This document shows, piece after piece, positions 55,073-64,000 of a DNA stretch of 64,000 bases. Every line of letters starts with the position of its first letter. Position 1 is the stretch's first letter. The translations under genes were made by a program, and so were the position numbers. Origin of the DNA: an uncultured virus (IMG/VR IMGVR_UViG_3300020049_007251) (lineage: Duplodnaviria > Heunggongvirae > Uroviricota > Caudoviricetes). The notes beneath the pieces were generated by a model, which had not been told where the DNA came from, ran no database searches, and was given only the letters and a program-made list of their open reading frames with translations. The DNA lies in IMG/VR virus record IMGVR_UViG_3300020049_007251. One strand, written 5' to 3'.

Positions 55073-58000
55073 CAAGGGGGATAAAACAGATGGATAACGA
55101 ACTTAAGAAATCAATAGATGCTTTAAATAGTTTCATGGACGGTTCAGTATCAAAGACTCCTCCAACGATAGCATATATAGACGGGAAACCCGCAGGAGAA
55201 TATTTTATGGATAAAGAACTCAGAGAGCAGATAGAAAAGGTGGCAGCTGATATGTTTGAGCATTTATGTGACCCATTGACTTGGGAAGCCGCAGACCAGC
55301 AGCCTAGTTTAAAGAAGAATTATTTAAAACTCGGTAAATTCCATATTCAGCGGACACTTGAGGCAAGGATTGATGAAATTGTCAGTAATAAATGGTGCGA
55401 AGACATGAACGATAGAATATTTGAAATTAAGCACCAACTCCAACAACTAAAGGACGGGTGAGATGAGCAAGGAGCTTAAGCCATGTCAAGTCAATGTTAG
55501 ATACGAGGGTACTGCTTATGCTCGTATGTGTAAATATCCATCGGTTATTAAAATCGGAAACACCTGTATGTGTCGGTATCACTATCAACAATATATGAAA
55601 AGCCCACAACCGCAATCGACCGAGGAGAGGTGAAGAGATGAGCGTGGGAAAGATAACCATAAGTAAACCGAAAGCTAAATATGGCGACACTGTTCTTGTT
55701 TTAAATTACAGGAAGACACCAAAAGTATGGCAAGAGGGAGAAGTTAGAGGCGTTGCTTATAAAAGTGGTTTTGGTGAACGTTTTTCGTGGGTATACGATA
55801 TTTATATTGATACAGGTAAAGGTTATTTCATTTACGTTGGCGATGAAGCTATTAAGGAGCCAAAATGAGCGACGCAAATAAGAGTGAAGAGTTATTGCCG
55901 TGTCCTGGTTGTATGGGTATTAAATTAACCAAGTGGCGAAGAGCAATTGAAATGGCAGTTTTATGCGAGGATTGCGGATTTAATGCTCCCACAATAATCC
56001 AATGGAACACCCGCAAGTATCTTGTAGAGAACACGTCAGAGAAGAAGTGTATAAAATGTAAGACCCCAACCGATACTTATGGATTAAACTCTGTTCCGAT
56101 GTGTGGTAAGTGTATGTCTGAGATGTATGCGCCGGAGAAGAATCTGGAAGAATACCATTACAGCCGTGGTTATAGTAACGGATTTAAAGAGGGGCAGAAC
56201 AACATTCTTCAACACACAATTAAAAATGAGCAGTTAAAAACAAATATAACCATGTCAATCCCCGAGCGGAGGGTTCCGACGGTGGAAGAGATGAATAAAT
56301 TATCCCCTCTGCCTTGGAAACTCTTTGGTCTTGACCGTCCGTGGAATGAGTTTGTAGAACAATGCAACCAGTTATCTCCAGACAAAGAAAAATATGTTGG
56401 TTACTGTATATCCGCAGAAAACAATGATATTGTTTGCCTATTTGGACCTGGACCAAAAGCCTACGAAAATGCTCTAATGGTCGAGCAAGCCATCCACGCC
56501 CTATTCGCCAAGACGGAGGAAAAGCAATGATTGAGAATCATGTTACGAGTTTGGAGTTGAGTAAGAAGCTTAAGGAGTTGGGGGTTAAGCAAAGTTCTTT
56601 TTTCTATTGGACTGAAACAGATAATGCGGCTGGTACAGGATACGATGCTTATGTTTTTTCTGGCGAAGACGCTATGGCTTGGGCTTCACCATTTAGATAT
56701 TCCGCCTTCCTATCGTCCGAGCTGGGGGAGTTGTTGCCGCCAAAGATTGATATTGAGAATGGAGATAAGCAGTTTACCAATGGTGGAATTTGGAAAGAAG
56801 AAGCTCATCTTGTCTGTGGTAAATTTAAAACCCCTGAGCCATTGCAAGCTTGGTACTGTGATTATCAAATATATCGACCAAAGCCTTACGATAAGCAATT
56901 TGAGTTATACCACGGAGAGAAAGCAGTTACCGAAGCCGACGCCAGAGCCAAAATGTTAATTTATTTAATCCAACAACGTCTTGTAAATACAGAGGATAAA
57001 AAGTGAATAATACCACCATAGTTTTTGAGTTTGTAAAAGTAAATAGTCGCCAAAGAAAAGCTATTGAGAAAAGAATTAAAAAGGCCATTGAAAATACGAT
57101 AATAGATATTGAGAATGAGATTATGAAATCGTTCTTGGTGGATAAAAAACTATTCAAAGAAAGTAATGAAACTTGTTCAGAGATGAAAATTAAAATGATG
57201 GGGTTACCAAGGAGAGGTAAATAAATGAGCCTACGAGAGTGTACTTATTGTTGGGATGAATGTGGAAGAACCTGTGATGGATTTATACAAAACCACTGGA
57301 GTAAAGAAAAAATTTTAAAGGAGATAGAGCGTCTTAAAAAACACCTAGCTGAGAAGTTAGAGAAAGAGAGTGGAAAATGAGTAACAGTGCCAAAGCTATT
57401 ATTTCATACTCAGCAAGTTTAATTTTACTGTGGGTAGGTTTTTACATCGGCAGTAAGCTTACATTGGAAGAAACTCCCTGGTATTTCGTTCCTTACATAG
57501 CTACCGTATTTATAGCTATTGTTACGACCTTTTGTATGGGAATGTATTACTCAGAGAAGGTAGAATAGAATGGTCTACTGGAGTTTTTGTTATCACAAGT
57601 TTAATCAAGACGGTACCCTTTTTACTTGTCATGATACATTCTATAGGACTAAGAGAGGAACACTAATACATGAACATGAGTCATTCGGAAAGGAACTAAC
57701 AAGTGCCTGAGTCAAATCCAACACTAACTGTGAATTTAGCAATTCTTATAGGCATAGCTTTAGGGTTATTATTCTGGTTAATCTACGGGATCTATTGCTT
57801 GATTGCTTTTTTAATTAAGAAAATCCAAGAAGGATCTGCGGCTGTAAAGAGAGAACAAATATTTATTGAAAGATATAATGAGTGGTCAAACGAAGAGGAG
57901 GTTCAAGATGGAAAATAAATGGGATTGGTACATAAGATATAACGATACCATAGGGGCACAAAGTAAGCTTTGGCCAGTTGGTGCATTACAGAGGTTCCCC

Positions 58001-59970
58001 AATAGTATCGATACCACTGGTTGGGTAAAGTGTTGTGGACAATTATTACAGGTTAGTATGTTTCCTAAGCTATATGCGGTTATTGGTAAAACTTATGGTT
58101 ACGACGACAGTGATGGAATCCCTCGTTTTAAATTACTAACCTTGCATAGAACGGGATTTGTATCAGAGCGTAAAAAACGTTTTACACTCTCGTTTAATGA
58201 ACTGGAATTGAGATGTCTACTGGATAAAGATCTACCGATTGTTTTAAGGCATAAACTACTCCGGGCTTTAGATAAAATTACTGAGTAAAAAGAAATAGCC
58301 TCCAACTTGCTCAAGGTCGAAGGCTATTCTTCCGTTTTTTCACCAACCGCCCTACCAATTACGGCAGGGGTATCTTAGTCACTCCACCAATACCCTGCGG
58401 GAATAAACACGTTGGGGTTTGGCTTGAAACTAGCATCCAGGTCAGCTGGACTTGGTTGCTGACGTATGAACTTAATTGCTCGGTCTAAGGGTTTAAGGAA
58501 ATCCCATCTTACCTGCTCACTGCAAAACATTTGAAAAGGATTCTGGATCCAACGGAGTCGGGTTACCTGGCCAACAAGAACCCCTAGGAAGTCATAGCTA
58601 TTTTGCCACCACTTTCTTCCCAGTCTCTTTTTAATGTTCAAGAGGATAATACTTTTTTCCACCAAAGTCAAGTTTCTTACTTTCCAGAATTTCAACATCA
58701 TTCCTTCGGTAAGATAGACATCGATCGGGTGTTCTTTAAACCCTCCGAAATCCTGGGAAACACAGAATCCTGGACGATGCATAATGAAGGCGTGGTTGTA
58801 ATTTCCTTTGGTATGGGACTTGATGGCGTAACCAATGAACCCCCTTAGGTCATCCGCTAAAACAATCAGAGGTAAATCAGCTTCGGTGAATTTTTTAGGA
58901 TCAGTATACACCTTTCCCTCTTTAATTTCTTCCATTTAAGAACCCCGTGGTTGTGTTAGATTTATACCCAGTGTTCAAGCTTCCGCTACCGTAAATGCTC
59001 TCAACATTCGTACCCGTTGCTGTAACTTCCATTTGCCTGGAAAAAGTGCAGCCGATAATACCCAGCATTAGAATCACTAGAATAAAATCCCTCATAGTTT
59101 TTCTCCAGTTGCTTTGGATACAGTCGTAGTAATGGCGTGTCGAATGTTCATACTTTGGATAGCGGTAAAGACTGCTGTGAGCAACTCCTCGATTGTGATA
59201 GCGTGATTAAGGTAGGCAACGATAGCCGTTAGAACAGCAGCTGTTGCTGTTAGGTAAGTCTTGTAGCCGTTTAAAAGATTGAGTAGTTTGATAATCAAGT
59301 TCATTCGTGTCTCCTTTGTTTTCTTTCTTCATTTAGTAGACCTAAATCAAACCTAAGCTGATCAATGAGAGTAATGGCTAATTCGAGTTTATTTAATTGT
59401 ATAGCTTTCTCCAGTATCACAATCTTCCTCACACAGTCCTTAATGTTTTTTAGTTGTTCGGGGGTCATAGTAATTGGGTTGCACTGGTGTTTTTGCATTC
59501 ATTCTCTCGTCAATAAAGTATTTAATGTATTTGTCGTGCCATTCAATTCGTTCTTCCATTTTGCCGTACAGTATGAACCCTCCGACAACGTACGTGGCAA
59601 ATGATCCGATCAATCCAATAATCGCCCACCGCCACTTCTTACCGTCACGGACGTAATTGTCGTGATCTTTTACAACACCGATCAATCCAGTATTTTCTAG
59701 TGTGCCGTCACCTACGAGTAGGACTCTGAAATTTTTAATCTCCTTTAGCATTTCATCTTTAAATTCTTGAGTGAATTCCATCACTGACTCCTATTAGTTT
59801 TAATGATGCTCTCTATGGTGTGGAGTTCTTTTATTAGGCTTTGTTTATAAAGTGCATTTAGGTTTAATAAACGTATTCCTGACTTGAAGGATTCTAGGGT
59901 CTTTACCATGAACTTGTATTTTTCTGGAGGAATAGTCAAGACTACGTTTTCTATCATATTAGTAACCTTT
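54719..59970 (+). repeat. Long direct repeat, copy 2 (accessory and lysis genes)
   Basis: Same ORF set as 7580-12831 at offset 47139. Confidence 0.95.
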
Positions 59971-61215
59971 AATATTAGATGCTTGAGGAGGGATTAGAGT
60001 AAATGCTCCACCTACAGTTAAGGTTGACGCTGCCGGTGTACCAGAAGGAACTGCACTATAAGATGCTCGCATATCGGTAGCAGGTAAAGGTACTGGGTAT
60101 TTGAATAAACAAGATTGAGCGATATCGGATATAGTACACGTTGCTGTGGTGTTACTGGAAGCTGTTGAATCTCTGAGGGTAATTGCGTAACTTTGAGTCC
60201 CTACTCCCGTGTCAGGAGCAGTGGCTAAATAGGCGTACATTCTTTTTAAGTAAAGATTCGGTGGGATAAGTTCATTCTGCGTTAGACCTGACGTAGTGGG
60301 GGCTATGGTACCTACAAAGGCAGTATAGTAAGTGGAAGATGGGGAGAGTGAGGTAGAACCCGTGTTCATACCTTTAATAAAATACCCCGAGATTGAAGAA
60401 GTATAGACAGCAGAAAATGATACAATTCTAGCTGTGGGGGTTCCTGAAGGTACCACTGATACCGCAATAAGATCACCAGCAGATACTGCTATTCTATTAA
60501 ATAAATCTTCATTAGTTGTTGCACTATCTGCAACTGGGATAGTTAAAGCAGTATCGGCTCCATTTTTTCTGACAGTAATAGTATAGCTTTTTCCTGCTCC
60601 AGGAATTCCTGAGAGCTGAACGTATAATTTAGACAGATATCCATCTAAGGGAATGACGAATTGGTGGGCTGCTTCACTTGTTGAGGGGGTCTCAGTAAAT
60701 AACCCAAGGTAATTAGTTACCGCATTACTCACTGACGTATTATTTGCACCACTTCCCACCAATGAGTCATAGTTATTATTTTCAATTTCAGCCTGTACAT
60801 ATCCTACAAATGGACCATAGGTTGGAGTCCCTGATTTTGTAACGTAGATAGAAACATTGTCATTTTTATTCAGATAGAGGGTATGCGTAGTATCAGTACA
60901 TACTAGAAGCAGATCAGGAATAGTACACGTTAAAGCTGTTGCAACACCATTAACGAATACTGTATAAATAACTCCCTGTCCTGCTGTGGGAGCAATTGTT
61001 GTTACTACCGATAGGTTACTAAGTTTTACAGGTAAAGCTACAGGCATAAATCTTTGGGCTTCGAAAGCCGAAGATGTTCCGATACCGTCGATATACCAGT
61101 AGGATACGTCAGCTGAATTATTAGTATTTGACCCGAAATTGTACATGAATTTTGTAGCAAAAGCGTTACTGCAGAACCCAAAGATTAGTAGTAGTAGTAA
61201 TATTAATTTTTTCAT
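59959..61215 (-). CDS. Signal-peptide-bearing triple beta-sandwich protein, allele 2
   Basis: MKKLILLLLLIFGFCSNAFA; colinear but strongly diverged from 12820-14088; same IKGY end. Confidence 0.7.
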   Translation of the reverse strand: MKKLILLLLLIFGFCSNAFATKFMYNFGSNTNNSADVSYWYIDGIGTSSAFEAQRFMPVALPVKLSNLSVVTTIAPTAGQGVIYTVFVNGVATALTCTIPDLLLVCTDTTHTLYLNKNDNVSIYVTKSGTPTYGPFVGYVQAEIENNNYDSLVGSGANNTSVSNAVTNYLGLFTETPSTSEAAHQFVIPLDGYLSKLYVQLSGIPGAGKSYTITVRKNGADTALTIPVADSATTNEDLFNRIAVSAGDLIAVSVVPSGTPTARIVSFSAVYTSSISGYFIKGMNTGSTSLSPSSTYYTAFVGTIAPTTSGLTQNELIPPNLYLKRMYAYLATAPDTGVGTQSYAITLRDSTASSNTTATCTISDIAQSCLFKYPVPLPATDMRASYSAVPSGTPAASTLTVGGAFTLIPPQASNIKGY

Positions 61216-61246
61216 TGCATAATCTCCTTTATATTTTTATAAGTTT

Positions 61247-63616
61247 TTAGAATTCTCTATGTGCTCTTACCCAAGCGGAAATAACCTGTACACTACCTGC
61301 TCCTGGAGTAGCTGATACTGAACACCATAACTGAACTTGATCACTTGTATTTGTTGTGGTGTATAGAACAGGGGGTAAGGTAATAGTGCCAGCATTATCG
61401 GTAATAGGTGAAGCAATAATTCTTAGGTTAACAGTACTTGTAGCTAAGGGAACTGCTCCTGCGGTATTGTTGGTACGATAAAGTACACAGTTTGCTGTCT
61501 GATCAGCCGCGTAAGTAACCGCATTATACTTTAGTTGAGCACTCCCTGAAAGGGTGTATGTTCCAGCTTTATCGATTACCATGGTGGGGTCACTGGTACC
61601 CATGTCAACAAATGCTGAAGCGTTAGTAAGTGTGTAAGCGGTTCCTGTACCGTAGCCAATTAAATTGTAATTTATTCTTGAACCCCCTGATTGAATATCC
61701 GCAGTTGTAGGAACGTTTAGCCCTCCAGCAAGAGTAGAGATACCTTCTCCGCCAGCTAAGATAACTCGATCTAAAGGAACCTTTGTAAAATTAGTCTCCC
61801 CTGTACTGTTGTCTGCTAAGTAATTATTATCCATAGCAAAGTTAGATAGTAATCCTGCGTTGTCAATAGTAATACCATATCTTTGAGTAGGGGTGGTTTG
61901 AGTATCGGTGATGATATTGCTCTTAATCTGTAAAGCATTTATAGCTTTACCAGCAGGTATAACGATATTAATCCCGTCATTTCTTCCTGCTGTTCCTAAT
62001 GTACCATTGTTGGTAATGGTATTATTGGAAATATTTACATTATCCACGTTCCGAAGAATGGTTAAATCTGCGTAGATGCCTTCTAACCCGTTGGCTGAAA
62101 TAATATTTCCACTGATGAGGGATCGATTGAACATTGTTCTAACACCGTAGCCTCCGTTATTCCTCACAATGTTATTAGTAAAGATTATTCGAGAATTTGT
62201 ATCTGTTGAATACCCACGGAATTCAACACCATTAAGGGTATTATTTAATACTATGTTTCCTGTAACTGTGAAATCATTTACCGTAAGATTAACAAAGGTG
62301 CCCGTAGTAACTACTATTCCATCATTACTATTATTAACTGCGGTGTTATTTGCAATAATTACTCCGGAAGTCCCACTAATACGAATGCCATCAAAACAAC
62401 CTGAAGTGGTATTATTAGCAATAACAAAATTATAATTCGGAGAAGTAGATCCCGTTTGTTCTTCTAAAAGAATTCCTGCATCGTATAAGACATTTACAGC
62501 CTGGTTATTTGTTATAATAACATTTTCATCTATGCCAGTACCGTTCGTTCCAAATCCGATACCATTACTTCCCAGCGGTACACCGTGACCGCCAATCGAT
62601 CTAGCAGCACTACCACAACTTTCAACAATATTATTGTCAATAACTGTTCGAGTAGCGTGATCGGTTGCTAAGCACGTAGCTGGAGTATCATATATCCAAG
62701 TATGATCAATTTTACTATTGTTTAAATAAATTATACTTATTCCTTTTTGAGATACCCCATACGTAGCATTTCGCATATCGGTTCCTACCATTTTCATATC
62801 GCTTATACGGATATTATTTGTTGGAGAACCAGCAGTTCCATCCCAATTTTGAAAGATACCCGTATTATTTAGCGATTGTAGACCAAACAACGTTGTTTGA
62901 CCTAACATACCTGAGCCTTGAACCCACACATTAGGTAGTGGTTTTATACTTTGAGAAATATTAAAACTTCCTTCAGTTAAAAATACTTTTCCTCCGTACG
63001 TAAGAGCATTAGCTGCAACTATAGCAGCATTAATCTCTACCTGATCCGCAGTTCCGTCCGCCGTATAATCGCACTTATACGTAGCGGTTTTATTAGAGGC
63101 ACATACCGTATACGTAGCAATAGCTCCGCCGCTACTTGTAGGTGCAGCCCACGTCCCATCCCCCCTCCAGAAAGTTGAAGAACTTGCGGAAGTACCGCTG
63201 TTTAAATTACCCACGGGAAGATTACCAGTAACCGCACCACTTAATGGAATACCTGTTAACCCTGAACCACTACCACTGAACGTGGTGGCTTTTACAGTTC
63301 CAGTAACGTCCAGTTTCTGGGTAGGAGAAGCATTACCAATCCCGATGTTTGTGCCGTCCGTGTAAAGCATGTTACCGGCAGCAAAGATCCCTCCGTTATT
63401 ATACTGAAACTGCCCAGTAGAACCTGCTGGGGTACCACCAAAGGTGGCATCGTTGACAGCCTGAAGAGCCTTTTGAACCGTGTTTGCGTCGACAGGTATG
63501 TTGTCTCCGAAAGTAGACGTATTAACTGTAACGTCCTTGGCCGGGACTTTCGTATCAGCAAAAGCTAAAGACGACGAAAGTAGGATTGCAAGTAAACTTA
63601 AAAACCATTTTTTCAT
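61247..63616 (-). CDS. Fibre/tailspike-like beta-helix protein with signal peptide, allele 2
   Basis: First ~120 aa near-identical to 14117-16924; different Asn-ladder beta-helix core; homologous C-terminal domain. Confidence 0.8.
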   Translation of the reverse strand: MKKWFLSLLAILLSSSLAFADTKVPAKDVTVNTSTFGDNIPVDANTVQKALQAVNDATFGGTPAGSTGQFQYNNGGIFAAGNMLYTDGTNIGIGNASPTQKLDVTGTVKATTFSGSGSGLTGIPLSGAVTGNLPVGNLNSGTSASSSTFWRGDGTWAAPTSSGGAIATYTVCASNKTATYKCDYTADGTADQVEINAAIVAANALTYGGKVFLTEGSFNISQSIKPLPNVWVQGSGMLGQTTLFGLQSLNNTGIFQNWDGTAGSPTNNIRISDMKMVGTDMRNATYGVSQKGISIIYLNNSKIDHTWIYDTPATCLATDHATRTVIDNNIVESCGSAARSIGGHGVPLGSNGIGFGTNGTGIDENVIITNNQAVNVLYDAGILLEEQTGSTSPNYNFVIANNTTSGCFDGIRISGTSGVIIANNTAVNNSNDGIVVTTGTFVNLTVNDFTVTGNIVLNNTLNGVEFRGYSTDTNSRIIFTNNIVRNNGGYGVRTMFNRSLISGNIISANGLEGIYADLTILRNVDNVNISNNTITNNGTLGTAGRNDGINIVIPAGKAINALQIKSNIITDTQTTPTQRYGITIDNAGLLSNFAMDNNYLADNSTGETNFTKVPLDRVILAGGEGISTLAGGLNVPTTADIQSGGSRINYNLIGYGTGTAYTLTNASAFVDMGTSDPTMVIDKAGTYTLSGSAQLKYNAVTYAADQTANCVLYRTNNTAGAVPLATSTVNLRIIASPITDNAGTITLPPVLYTTTNTSDQVQLWCSVSATPGAGSVQVISAWVRAHREF

Positions 63617-63626
63617 TTGTTTCTCC

Positions 63627-64000
63627 TTAGCTGTTAATTCCGACTACATATAGTTTATCGTTTATATCTAATCCTACGTTCAAGGTCAATGTGTAACCGT
63701 TTATTGTATAGTCTAAGTTGTCTTGTACGACTCCGTTCACTGCTACATATACAATAGGGTTAGGCTGGAAAGAAAGCGTGAACACGGTCTTGTCAGCTGT
63801 GCCGACCAACTCATAATACGAGGCAAAATTAAGAACATTAGCCCCCACCACCGGAGTCATGACTTGATAAAAACCAGCCACCTTGTCTCCGATGTCTCTT
63901 CCAGGGCTTACAGTCAGGGTACTGTCCAAAATAGTATAATCCCCGTTTAAAGGATCCTGAGCTATCCCATTTATATTCACGGAAATAATCCCCGTCAATA
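63627..64000 (-). CDS. Fibre adaptor, copy 2 (truncated by window edge)
   Basis: Near-identical protein to 16935-17450. Confidence 0.8.
   Translation of the reverse strand, partial: LTGIISVNINGIAQDPLNGDYTILDSTLTVSPGRDIGDKVAGFYQVMTPVVGANVLNFASYYELVGTADKTVFTLSFQPNPIVYVAVNGVVQDNLDYTINGYTLTLNVGLDINDKLYVVGINS

Noticed and set aside
54719..64000. Long direct terminal repeat or simple circular overlap
   Set aside because: The copies differ by substitutions and by whole fibre alleles, and the upstream flanks are different genomes.

Overview
The window is entirely bacteriophage DNA, most likely a metagenomic scaffold that threads two related phages through one shared block. (i) 1-7480 is the early region of a visibly more GC/CpG-rich phage ('A'): RHH regulator, PD-(D/E)XK nuclease, RecT/Bet recombinase and SMC-like ATPase. 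It ends at a 99-N gap whose flanks overlap by 122 bp. (ii) 7580-54718 is one complete 47,139-bp unit of an AT-rich contractile-tailed phage ('B'). Its minus strand carries terminase, portal, head, tail, baseplate, fibre and lysis genes. Its plus strand carries the early/replication arm (helicase, primase, family A polymerase, SSB, nucleotide-metabolism genes). (iii) 54719-64000 repeats the 7580-17308 region: near-identical accessory and lysis genes, but a different allele of the two-gene fibre cassette. Most notable observations: fibre-like proteins with Sec-type signal peptides and co-varying Cys pairs in a swappable cassette; a tandem thymidylate-synthase-fold pair with Asp at the dCMP-specificity position, next to a dCMP deaminase and near a dUTPase/dCTPase; glycosyltransferases and a methyltransferase inside the head operon; a circularly permuted tRNA-like RNA at 43721-43848; a structured RNA complementary to the ribosome-binding sites behind both early promoters; and two small head-region proteins sharing an N-terminal MRRHELVE leader. 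No integrase, reverse transcriptase, CRISPR array or canonical tRNA was seen, and the host cannot be assigned from sequence alone. All family assignments are by eye from motifs; no database searches were run.
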